NCBI GenBank assembly: GCA_907165135.1
Contig: OU015568.1
Coordinates: forward strand, 8,432,001-8,496,000
Origin: Oikopleura dioica
Taxonomy: Eukaryota; Animalia; Chordata
Direction of reading: 5' to 3'
Length of the DNA: 64,000 nucleotides
Position numbers and translations under genes: made by a program. Below the pieces are notes generated by a model. The model did no database searches and had not been told where the DNA came from. It saw only the letters and a program-made list of their open reading frames with translations. Shown here in pieces: positions 12,001 to 24,000 of the stretch (positions within the stretch are counted from its first letter, which is position 1; the number at the start of each line of letters is the position of its first letter).

Positions 12001-15000
12001 TTCCGAATTTTCGGGATGGGAAGATTTCAGCGCCGTTGACGAACCACTGCACGTTAGCGTTAGCTCGGCTGAGTTCACATTCAAGCTCAACAGAGGCCAT
12101 TTTGTTTTCGGCCTCTTTGTCTTCGAGAGCTTTGGTGAATCGAAGAGCAGCCTGGTTGACCTTGACCTTGGCGAGAGATCGAACACCTGCGGCGTTGAAC
12201 ATAACTTCAGAGTTGTCCATGATGTTGGAGTTGGCAATCTTGAGAGTGAAATTAGCACCCTCAGACTCCATAGTAACTCGAGGAGACTTAGGAGTAAGTT
12301 CCATGCCGTTCTGGAACCACTGAGTTGGTTTGATATCGGGAAGATTGAGTTCAACATTGAAAACAATTTCGTCTCCCTCGGTGACTTCCAAGTCGCTGAG
12401 GCTCTTGACAAACTCAACTGCAACAGTTTGAACAGTAAGAGCAGCGGTAGTTTTAGCATCTTCGGCCTTGCAGCTGTAGTTAGACTCGTCATTGTAGCCA
12501 ACATCGGAAATGGTAAGAGTTCGTTTGAGTCCGTCAGCGGCCATTTCGTACTTGGGGCCGGCCTTGATCTCATCCTTGTTCTTATACCACTTGACTGGAA
12601 CATCTCGGGAGAGAGTACATTCGAATGTTGCAACCTTGCCTTCTGCAGCACCCGCATCCATCATGTTAGAAGTGAAAGAAACAGGTGCATCCTCAACAGT
12701 CAAAGCAGAGCCAGCAGAGAGGTCGTTGAGGTGAGCAGCGTACTTTTGGCATCATTTTTGGTAAGATTGTGAACGGTAAGTCGTCGCTTTCGACCGTCCT
12801 TCTGGATAGTGTATTTACCATCGACTTGAGCAATTGGCTCGCCATCGGCGCTCCAGGTGACTTCAGCATCAACGGAGGAAACACTGATCTCATAGACAAC
12901 ATCTTCTTTCTCAGTGGCAAACTTGTCTTCAAGCTTGGAAGTAAACTTGATGTCCTTGGTAACAGCGAGCTGAGCTTCACATCGAATGTGTTCAACTTCA
13001 ACAGCGATAGTTCCGGCCATATCCATGGAAACATTGTCCATGATGCAGGTGAGAATCTTGCCTTCGTTTCTTAGGACGCTATCGCCTCCAGAAGTGATCT
13101 TGTTACCGTTCAAAGTCCAGGTGACCTTTCGAGATGGCTTAGAAAGCTCAACGAAGAACTCAGCAGATTCTTTCTCGCCAACTTCGGTGTCTTCAAGAGC
13201 GCGAACAAACTTGAATGCTTCGACACAGATTCGTCCAAAAGTCTTGGCATCAGGAGTGGCGCAGCAATATTCACCGGCATCAGAAGCCTTGACGTCTCTA
13301 ATTTCGATCTTTCTGTTAGTACCGTTAGCCTTGACGCTAAGTCGGTCGGTGTCGGAGAGTTTCTTCCAGCTGTTATCAAGCTCGTATCCTTCAACAGTAC
13401 CTCGGTAAACTGGCGGAGGAGTGTAAGTCATTGCTGGAGCAGCAACAACCTTGACATTGGCGGATGATTTTGTACCGTCCTTGAGAGTAGCAGTGTAAAC
13501 ACCACTGTCACTCTCGTCAGCATCAGCAATAGCCAAAGTTCGTCGGTAGCCATCAGTACCCATTTTGTACTTGCCACCATCCTGAATCTCCTGGCCGTCC
13601 TTGTCCCAAACAACGACGAGCTCGGGGAAGTTGACATCGCAGCAGAGCTCGGCAGTCTGGTTGATTGGGAACTCCGCATCAGAGAGCTCATTGGCGAAGG
13701 CTGGGCCTCGGTAGTACCAACTGACCTCGGTAGTTGGAACTCCAACCTCGCAATCGATGAAGACGCATTTGTCGTTCTCTTCGGCATGGGTCTCGGCTTC
13801 GATTCCCTTTGCGAATCCAGGAGCAGCTAAAATAAAAATGATATAAAACTAGAAAATATAATTCATGAAAAAATTTGAAACCGTGAAATGTATAATTCTT
13901 GATGTATACATTCGAAAATAGCGCAGACGCAATAAAAAAAATCTGCAATGTGAACATACTGGTTTTCAGATTGGCCTTGGTCGAGGCAGTCTCGCCTGCC
14001 TCCTCAACTGTGCAGACAACTTCGTAGTTATCTTTAACACCGTCACAGTCTTCGATTGTCAATTTCCTGGTAAAGCCACGAGAGGTAACTCTGAACTTGG
14101 CGCTATTCTGGACCGGCTTTCCACCAGCAGTCCATCTAGCAACTGCATCCCGGCGAGTGACGTTTGTTTCAAAGCGTGCGGTTTCTCCAGGTTTTACGAT
14201 TTGATCGTCCATGTTTAGAGTGAATCCAAGAGGCAAATCTTTTACATTGAGCGAAGCCTTCTGCTTCGCTTGGTTGCCTAGAGCAGAAAAAGTAATTTCT
14301 CCAGAGTCGTCAACAGTCTGTTTTCGCAAAATAAGTCGATATCGTATTCCACCCTCAACTTGCTCTTCCAGCATTTCAACGTCATCGCTTTCCCGGAGAG
14401 GAGCGCCATCTTTCTTCCAAAGAGGTTCAGCGTTTTTTGAGTTGAGAACCGTGTCGAAAATAGCATCGCCATCGAGTGGGCATTCAACGTTGGCGAGAGA
14501 CTTGATAACCTTGAGCTCGAGCTCGTTCACCTTCAACGAAGCGCTGGTCTTTTCTTCTCCCATTTCGCAAGAATATCGTCCTGCATCGTCGAAAGTGGCA
14601 TTTTTGATGACAAGCTTTCTCGCGCGACCTGTAAAAATGAGTATTTGGAACATGGAAAATATTACCTTTAGATTCGAAATCGTATTCCGCAGCAGGTCGA
14701 AGTTCTCGGTCGCCCTTGAACCAAACAACAGGAGCATCAGGATCGGAAACAGAGCATTCAAACTCAACTCGGTCTCGTCGATTCTTGACAAGGTCTCGGA
14801 GTGGAGAGTCGAATCTCGGTGGTGGAGCTATGTTTGATATGATATCCATTTTTAAGTGATTGACATTGAGATATCTGCTATGTCTTGGAGAATTTCTTCC
14901 GTGCCATTTGATGCAGGAAAATCAATAATCATGAATCGAGATTCTTGATTATTGAGACGCAATTCGTGTCTTTAACTGACAAAGTACTGTGACTTTGAGT

Positions 15001-18000
15001 GTGTACTTTCTTCAATCTTGATAAAAAAATAATGATCAAGATTGGTTTCCTTGGACAATCTGAACCAGTTGTTCACATTGAAGATTTAAGCGTGGTTTTA
15101 TAAGAAAGCGGGAAATTAAAAATAGCATTGTGTTGTTTACCGTTGGCGATGACTGTCAGTTTTGCTAATGTTTTGTAGTTTATATTCAGAAATGATAAAG
15201 TTGCAATAATTGAGTGTACAGTCACAGAAGGGAGGCAAGATCATCATTCACAGAGTAACTGAAAATGATGTATGGACGACTTGAAAGATATTTTTCATGC
15301 TTTTTCATCGAAGAAGTCAAAATATCGCAATTATCAAAGTCCTCCACATTTCTTTACATCCCAAACTGCTTCTACGAAATGAGAACCATTTCGGAAAGTT
15401 ACCACTGGTTGCAATGAGCAAGTCTCGTTGGCTACCAGTCGATTTGCCAAAATCCATTCTGCAGGTGACTTCGCCTTCCAAGAATTTCTTCGCAGTGAGT
15501 GACAATGAGTGTCCACCCTTTCCATCTTCTTGGACGTTGAAGCTTGAAGCTTTGTCACGTGGGTTGATGTACGTAACTCGATCACTTGAATCCTAAAAAC
15601 TGTTTTATTTATAGAATCAAGGGAAGATAAGCTTACCCTGAAATACCAGACCACCTCTTGATTCGGATCGTCGATTCGACAAATGAAATTGATCTTCTTT
15701 CCTTCATCAACATGTTGATCTTCCAGATTCTTCAAAAATACTGGTGGCTCATAAAGCACTTTCAGTTGCGCTTCAGATTTCGCCTTTTCACCATCTTCGT
15801 TTGACACCTCGACCGTGTATGTTCCAGCGAATCGTTCAATCGCTTCGTCGCATTCCAGAGAATGCTTGTTTCCCTTTGATTTGACAGCAACAAATGGGAA
15901 TTTTTGCCCTTGATCCGTTCTGTAATATTCTGCCATTGTCTTGTAGATCGGGATCTTTTCGCCATTCAAGTACCAAGTCGCTTCAAGGTCGGCATAATTC
16001 GTCGTTGATGAAAAGCTGAATTTCGTTCCCAGCATCGCTGATGTAGATTTCAACTCCTTGACGAATGAAATTGGCTCTCCTGGCGGTGGAGTTGGTGGAG
16101 GAGGAGTAGGAGTGCGTGGCGGCGGAGGTGGCGTTTTTGGCCGCTCGACGGGTGTCTTCGGTCGTTCTGGTGTTTTTGCTCTCTCTGTGTGTTGAATTTA
16201 GATTTAGAATTTGGATTGTTTTTTTTTCGAAATTTTAATTAAAATATTTAATCATGAGGATTTTCCATTTGATTGAATTCATAAACAGTAAAAGAACGAT
16301 TCCAGATACTTGATGATTCACCATGTACTGGTCGCGGATTTTCAATTGAACCGAGAATTCTCTCAGTAATTGAAGTCATCGCCAACGGATTAGTTTTTTT
16401 GTTTGTTTGTGGTTTGGTTAGTGGGTCGTGTTGGGAGGAAAAGACATTTCGTGAATGACTTTTCGGAGAATCATTAAGTCGTGAGCAAAATGATTGACAA
16501 AAAATGTTCTTTTTGTCGAGCGTTGGAAAATGGTAAATTTGCGGAATGAGCGTTTGTGCGATTTGTGGCAGTATTTACCCTTTGATTTCTGGGGAGTTTC
16601 CGACAGAACTTCTGGTTCGGGGGAAACTCTGTTAACTAAGGCATTTGATTAAGTAACTGTCAGTAAATTCTTGATATAAATGCAAGATATCGCATCACTT
16701 TATTTTTGATTATATTCTTACCACGCTCAACGGGTTTCTCCTTCTTGATTTCAATAATAGGCTCGGGCGATGGAACTGAAAAGTGATGATTGATAAACGT
16801 TAAAAGCGAAAGCGATAGTCGGACTAGCCTGACCAAAAAGATGTGCGTATCTTTTTTTTAGGCATAAAATTTTCTTTTATGCCTGTTTTGCTTATGAGGA
16901 GCGCATGGATCATATGGAGGTGCTACGAATAGGATTTTGCTTATTCGCAAAAGAAAATCTTGATAACGTCTTCTATGTTATCAAACTTGGTGATTTTGGC
17001 GGATGCGCAAAATTTTATGGCGTTTTGTCTTACCACGTGCACTCTCAACTTTTTTGATTTCTTTCGGTTTAGGAATCTCCTCTCTCGCTAAAAAAAAATC
17101 TGTGAAGAAATTGTCATAAATGCGAAGCGAGCGATAGTTTACATAATATCAGAGCTATATTATGTGACTGGATGAGCGATAAAATTTAAATGGCCCATCT
17201 AATGGGATTGAAATGGGAATTAATTCCATATAAGAATTTTATTTGGAATCTGGTGAGCGGTGGAGCTTACCGGGCTCGTCTATCTGGACGGGGGACTGTG
17301 GTTTGGGAACTTCCACAACCTTAGGTTTTGGCGGAACTATAAAATTCAATTTAATTAATTTGTACTCAAAGAAGCGAAATGAATCCGAAGCTTTCAGTGG
17401 TCCTTGTCACACTGTGTGCTATCATAATAATAATTATGATAAAATATGGAAGTGACTCTGTGTGTGCTTTGAAAGAAATTTTCAAGGCCTACTAGAATGG
17501 AAGCGATGATGCTGGTGCACAAGAATCCGTGGGGATTTCTTAAATGCAATGATGCTCATCTTACCCTCTTGTTTTACGATAGTTTTAGGGGGCGCAGTTT
17601 GAATTTCCTTCTTGATTTCAGTTTTGGGAACAGGGCTTTGCCTGTTACTGACTTTTACAGGTGTTTTGGCCTGTTTTTGCGGCGGCTTGCGTGACTCACC
17701 CTTTACTTCAAGATTGGCGGTAGACTTGGCTGGGCCAGCTTCGATGCGGTATTCACCCTTGTCCTCTTCGGTGACGTTCTTGATAACCAACGAGTGGCTT
17801 TCACCATCGTGGCTCATGTGGTACTTCTCGCCTTCTTCAAGTTGAGTGTCCTCCTAGAAATAATTGAAATCTGGATCTGCTGTAGAACTGCACAAACCTT
17901 GAACCACTTGACGTCGACGTTAGGAACATTGATGCGAATCTCAGCTTCAAAGATAGCATCACCCTGGGCAACAGCAATGACATCTCGAATATCCTGGAGA

Positions 18001-21000
18001 ATGTCAACGGGCTCTTTGCCAACGGCTTCGATGCATTTTTGCCAGATTTCTTCTTCGGGAACCAAAGAGATGGCGGATTCGGGAGTGGGAAGATTTTCGA
18101 CTTCATCGATTTCTTCCGACTCGACATTGGCGGCCACTTCTTCATAAGTGGTGAGCAAGTGTCGGAAATCTTTGACACCGAAGTGGTTGGCGTACTTTTC
18201 GTATTCCTTGGGATCGACATCTCGGAGCATCTTCACGGTATCGAACTCGTTCATATCATCCTTGACGACGGGCTTCTTTGGCTTGAGAGCAAATCGATCG
18301 ACAGACTCTCGTACTTGAGCCTTTTCAACAACATTGAGAGTGAAGCTAGCTTCTGCTTCTCCCTTGTCGTTCTTGGCAACACATCGGTAAGTTCCCTTGT
18401 CGGGCTTCTGGATTTTCTTGATGTTCAAAGTAGAGATTCCAGACTCAACGTTGAAGTCGATAGAAATTCGACCAACAGCGCTGAGCTTGCCCCACTTGCC
18501 CTTGTACCACTGGATTTCGGGCTTGGGATCACCAGCGATTCGGCATTTGACTTCAGCGGCTTCACCGATGGTGAACTCGGCGTCTTCAGGAGCAATGACA
18601 AACAGAGGTTTGCCGGCATCTGGAAGAGGAGTGAGAAGTTCCACGGGCTTGGAAAGTCGTGCAGCGTTGACAGAAGTTCGCTTTTCTTTGCCGGGAATGT
18701 TAAGCTTCAAGGGCTTCTTAGTTGACTTGCGGGCTTTCTTTTCTTCTTCGACCTTGTCAAATTTGATGAAATCTGGTGAGGTTGGGCTCGTTGGGCTTGC
18801 GCGCTTTTTGAGTTCAGGAAATTTAAGAGGCTCTTCTTGCTCTTTAACACCCTTACCAGCTGGCTTCAGCTGTATCTTTTCAGCTGGGGGAGCCGCCTCG
18901 ACAGGCTTAGTTTTAATAGGCTTTAACTTGGGCATTTCTTCTGGTTTCTCCTCCTGCTTAGGAAGTTGTTTAGGCGCGGCCTTCTTCTTCTCTGGGGGAG
19001 TCTCTCGTTTGGCCGAAGCTGGAGGAGATGCGATTGGAGGAGATATCTTTTTAGTCGCTGGGCGAGTTGACGGGTCGACCTCGACCTCTTCATTGGTGAC
19101 AACTACGTGACCATCCTGGCTAAGCCGCTGGTGGGTGATCACATCAACTGAACGCTGAGAGGAAGCAGATGTTGGTCTATCATCAACACTGACATTGATG
19201 GTGACGGTCCATCGCGCCTCGCCGAGCTCGTTTTCGGCAACCATGGTGTATTTGCCGCTATCCTTGGCGGTAGCGGACTCGAACTCCAAGCAGCAATAAC
19301 CAGCATCTTGGTACATCTTGAATCGGGTGTCGATGATTTCTTCCGAGTTGAATTCCCAGTGAACCTGTGGGGTTGGCTGACCGACGACCTTGCCGGCAAG
19401 TTTGACCTCAGAACCGATCTTATAGTTGCCGCCCTCTGGTCGCTCAACAACCTCTGGTGGAGATCCCTCGACAGTGAGGTCAGCAGCATTTGAAGCAGAG
19501 CCAGCTGCGTTCTGGAGAGTGACGGAATAGTTTCCAGAAGATCCGAGATGATCAGCAGAAGAAATGATCAAAGCAGTGTAGCCGATGTCATTAACGACTT
19601 CAGCACGGCCGCTAGAAGCATCAAGAGCAGTTCCATTTCGATACCAGGCAACGTCAACGTTGTTTCCAATGTACTCAACTTCGAGGACAACACGCTCACC
19701 AGCTTTGCAAGATGTGTTCTCGAACTTTCGAGTGATAATTGGCGCATCCACTATAACAAGTGTTAATTGTTACCTGTTTATCATTATGTTAGTGACAAGT
19801 TAAGCTGTGCTGATTCTAGTGTAGTCAATATCGTCATACTAAAGTGCCCTGTATGTAGTAAATCTGCTACTGTGCATGATCTATCTACCAAAACGTGATA
19901 TGATTGGTATCAGATGGCTCACCGAGGGTACTAGAGTCAAAATTGTAGATAGAGTCTGTTTGACCGTCGCTTGAAGATAATGACTTGTCAGGTATGCATA
20001 ATTTTCAATTAAAATTTCTTCTTCAATAAATATTTTTTCAAATATTATAAAAATTAAATCAAATTAATTTTTAAAATTTCAAGTCATAATTGGATAACCA
20101 TTTGCTTTATCCATTGTTATCAAGAATACCTTCACGAAACGGAGTCAAAATCACTCTCACCTTGGATGGGTGTGATCGGCGAGGTCTCGCCAGATCCTTC
20201 TGAGAAAATCGGGGACAGGGCTGAGCCTGTTGAGTATCTCAAAGGTGGCAAGCTGGACTCCCCGATCTCGCCCGAGTAAAGATCTTCAAGCTCGTCAAGA
20301 AGCGTTTCTATTAGTAAGGGTTAGCGAAGGTTACATTATTATAGAAATTATAATAAGCGGAAAAATGCAAAAGAGCCTGTTTCTGGTACTGAAAGATGCA
20401 ACTTTGCGTTCTGCTAAAAATTACTAAAGCGATTTTTTTTCTATACAAAAGATTGTTTATTGAAAATTGCAAAAAGAAGCAGGTATAAAAGCAGGGAGAG
20501 CATTAGAATGGTGGAATGAGAAAATTTGTTAGTATTTTTGAACATAAGCTTGATTATAAAATAGAAAAAAAAACATGTGTTCGTAATATGGTTCTCACGC
20601 TGGAAATCCGTGGTATCCATATTCGTCAGTCTCGCTCATTCTAATTCCACGAGTTTTGAAATTTGTTTTTTGACCTACTCAAAAAACCAAAGTTAAACAT
20701 GTCAGGATTAATTATGTGATTGGCGATGTAAATGTATATAAAAGGTGCTAAAGGTCAACAAAATGTTTTCCGAATGAGTCTTTTCCGATTTCAAACTCAT
20801 TCCTCGTGTTGCGTCCTCCGAAGTCGATCGTGATTTCGGAGATTGTGTCCATTCCGTCGTCGTCTGTGTCGAGGAAGACTTCGGAATCGGAGAGAAGATT
20901 CTTCCGTGTCAAATCTTCATTTTCAATGACACTGTTATGGCCGAGTTGAGCGTTTCTCAACTCTCGCCTTGCGATTTCAAGGTTGGTTGCGTTGCCTTTG

Positions 21001-24000
21001 ATGGAGTCTTCGATGAATCTCTGGGTGAGACGGTATTTCTGCTGGAAGCTCTTTTGTCGTTCCTTTTTTCGGCATTCTTCTTCGGTCATTTTTCTTTTCG
21101 TTCTTTTTATTGATAAGAAAATATTTCGAATAAACCGAGAAATCACCGTTTTCATTTATTTTTCTCTTTCAGATGATTCCGTTACTTTATATTTCAAAAT
21201 TATTATGCAACTTTTAGTTAATTTTCTAATCGTTCCTAGTGTTGAGACTAATCGATAAATTCGTCTCTAGCTCACTTTCCGTCTCGTTTGAGAGCAAATT
21301 CTCCCGGCTTGCCCTTCTCAACTGGAATTCCTGACGACTCTTCTCACTGAAGCCACTAGTCATTGAAACTGGTGATTCTAGCGCAGGTCTCATTGTACTC
21401 GTCGGCGTTGGAAAGAGGTCAGTGTTTGTTGGTGATGCTACTGTTGTCCCAGTAGCGGGAGTGTAAACTGTCGATGTGTCAGTTTCAGTGTCAGTAGTGG
21501 TCGTGTCGGTGATGTAAGACGTTTTTTCGACGAAGTTTTTAGAAACGAAGCTCATCAAATCCTCAGTGGATCGATACTTGGGTTCTTCTGGTGGGTCAAT
21601 TGTTGCATAGGAGTCCAAGGAAATAGCGTCGTCATCACCATTGATCGTGCTGAGAGACACGAGCGAATTTCGGCGACTATCGTGTCGGCTTTCGTCGGTG
21701 CTCTGGAGATCATTGACGATGGAAACTTCCGCCGCTCTATTTTTCAGGAGATTTCGATAATTTGCCTCTGCTAAGTCGATCACATCGGGGTTCTTTTCTG
21801 GTGTTGGTGTTTTATCATCACGCTCAGAGATAGGAGCGGAAATGGTGGATAGAGGAGTGAGATCTTGAATTTCCGGATTTCGTTCAACAACAAAAGACTG
21901 CGTCGGAGTCAGCATCGTTAGAGTTGATCGAATAGATTCAACAGATCGAATTGAAGAGCGACGCGAAGATGCTGCTGAGCGCAAGGATCGAGTGAGCTCA
22001 TCTTCAGTGACTTCGAAAATTGGCGAAAGCTCCCGAGGTAAATAGTCTTCAGATGTTAGGGAGTCTTCGTCGATGTCAACATCAACTTGCTCGAGTCGCA
22101 GCTCCTGAGAGAGCTCTGGAATGTCAGAAGAGTCGATTTCAGCTTCATTTTCGACGATTTCGATCATTTCAAACGGCTCATCGGAGTAAATGATGCATTC
22201 ATTTGTTGCTGATCCAGCTTCATTTTCAGCAATGACGGTAAAGACAGCTTCTTGGCGCCAATATTCGTGATAAATGGTAATAGAAACTTTGTTTCCAATC
22301 CATTTCTTGCGGTACTCATTCAATTTGAGCTCATTTGAGTTTTTGTAGAGAGAAAGAGACGGTTTCGGGAATCCGTTGATAATCATATCGAATTCTAGAT
22401 TTTGCTCTGGCGCGATTTGGAAATTTCTGAGCGGCTGAAGAAAAGCTGGTTTGGTGACAGAGGGTCGTTCTTCAGATCTTCTGATGAAATCTTTTTTCTT
22501 TTCAGAGTGTTCATTTTCCATGATCTTTTGGGGCTTTTTCGGTGAGCTCAGCGATCCGATTCTCAGCTGAGATTTTTCTATTGAAGGAATTGATAGTTCA
22601 ACGCTGACTTTATTTGAGGAAGAAAACATCTTTTTCTCGGGACTTTCGCGTTTTGTGCTCACGGCGATGATGTTGAGCGAGGAGGTATTGATGTTTGTGG
22701 CCACATCGGAGCTCTTGCCAACTTGACCAACGAGATTTTTGGCTTTTCAAAGTCTGGAGTTTTTCTGTGTTTTGGCTTTTCGGTCAAGAACAACTTTCCG
22801 CCGGCTGAAACTGCGTTCATTCCTTTAGTCGGTCCTTTCGCGGCCACCTCTTTTTGAGCATTTTGTTCTTGCTTTGGCGGAACAGGGCTTGATCTCTTTT
22901 TCGTCAATTTGACGACTTTTGTGCCTTCCGATTTTTGTTCGACTGGCTTCGCCTTTGGTTGTAATTTCGGAATCGTGAAATTTGTCGAAATTGTCTCCGC
23001 TTTTCGTTTTGTTTCGTTGGACGAAGCAGGCTGGGCCTTTGGTAAGTCGGGTTTCGCGCCTTCTGAAGCTGACGATCGTGGCGAAGATTTTGTCGAAGAT
23101 TTTGTTGATCCTCTTCGACTGCCTCTTTCCTGAAGGACTCTCATTGCGCTCTCAGAGATTTCTAAGTCGGATGTGTCTTCCAGCCGTTCTTTGATGGCTA
23201 GAAGTTTTTGGATCATTTCTTCATTTGGATTTCGATTCTTGCGCCCCGATGCTGGTCGAGACGAATCGGATTCGGATCCAGATGAGTACAGAAAAGGAAA
23301 CTTTGACTTCTGTGGCGTTATTCGAGGTGAGAAGAGAACCATCTCGGCAAGGCCTAAATTACTAATAAATAATTTGAAAAAATTAACAAGTCAGATCAAA
23401 CATATAAAGAGACAAAGATGATAACTCACCATTTTGGGGACTCCAGTTGACGCCTTCTTGAAACGTGCTTGCATCGCTCTTGTCTCACTGTTTTGTTATC
23501 AAAACTGGTTCATTTCTCTTATTTTCCATTCGCTTTGCAAGCGATACAGTAGCATATTATACTGTCAGCAAAATATAATATAAAAACAAAACAAGTCAAA
23601 CAGGGCTGCATTGCACGTTTCGAACACACCTGAGTCCCCAAAATTCACGAAAAATATGAAGAGAGATGAAGTCGAAAAGGCAATGCAGCCAGCTATGTCT
23701 AGTTACGATTGAGTGACCTGAGCCTAATGATGATAGAACGGATGAAAAGCAAGAAAACCTGCGCCTGCAGGGAACATCAAGCATATTTATAGAAATTAGA
23801 AGCGAAAAACGGTACTTACTTTGCTGCTCAGGCGCTGGCTCTTGGACTTGCTCTTCTTCCTGCTCCCAAGATTTCTTCTCGACAATGTTGAGATTGGCCT
23901 TGCACATGACGGTACCAGTTGAGTTCTTAGCAGTGGCAGAATATTGGCTGACATCAGCTTCAGTGCAGCAGTTGACAATGAGCTTGACAACATTTCCTTC

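Noticed and set aside
12744-12747. Frameshift between ORFs 12700-13563 and 11150-12703
   Set aside because: One extra A restores NDAKKYAAHL..SALTVE. Likely a homopolymer error.
16320-16575. Additional PEVK-region exon (open frame ending in a phase-1 GTGAAT donor)
   Set aside because: No phase-compatible AG acceptor found.
22736-22747. Frameshift inside the N2B/novex-like exon as a recoding signal
   Set aside because: Same pattern (one missing A in an A-run) as the other three, with no slippery heptamer plus structure seen. Less certain because the sequence is non-domain.
23420-23490. Possible mini-exon ending in a GTGAGT donor
   Set aside because: No acceptor/phase combination is clearly supported; several frames are possible.
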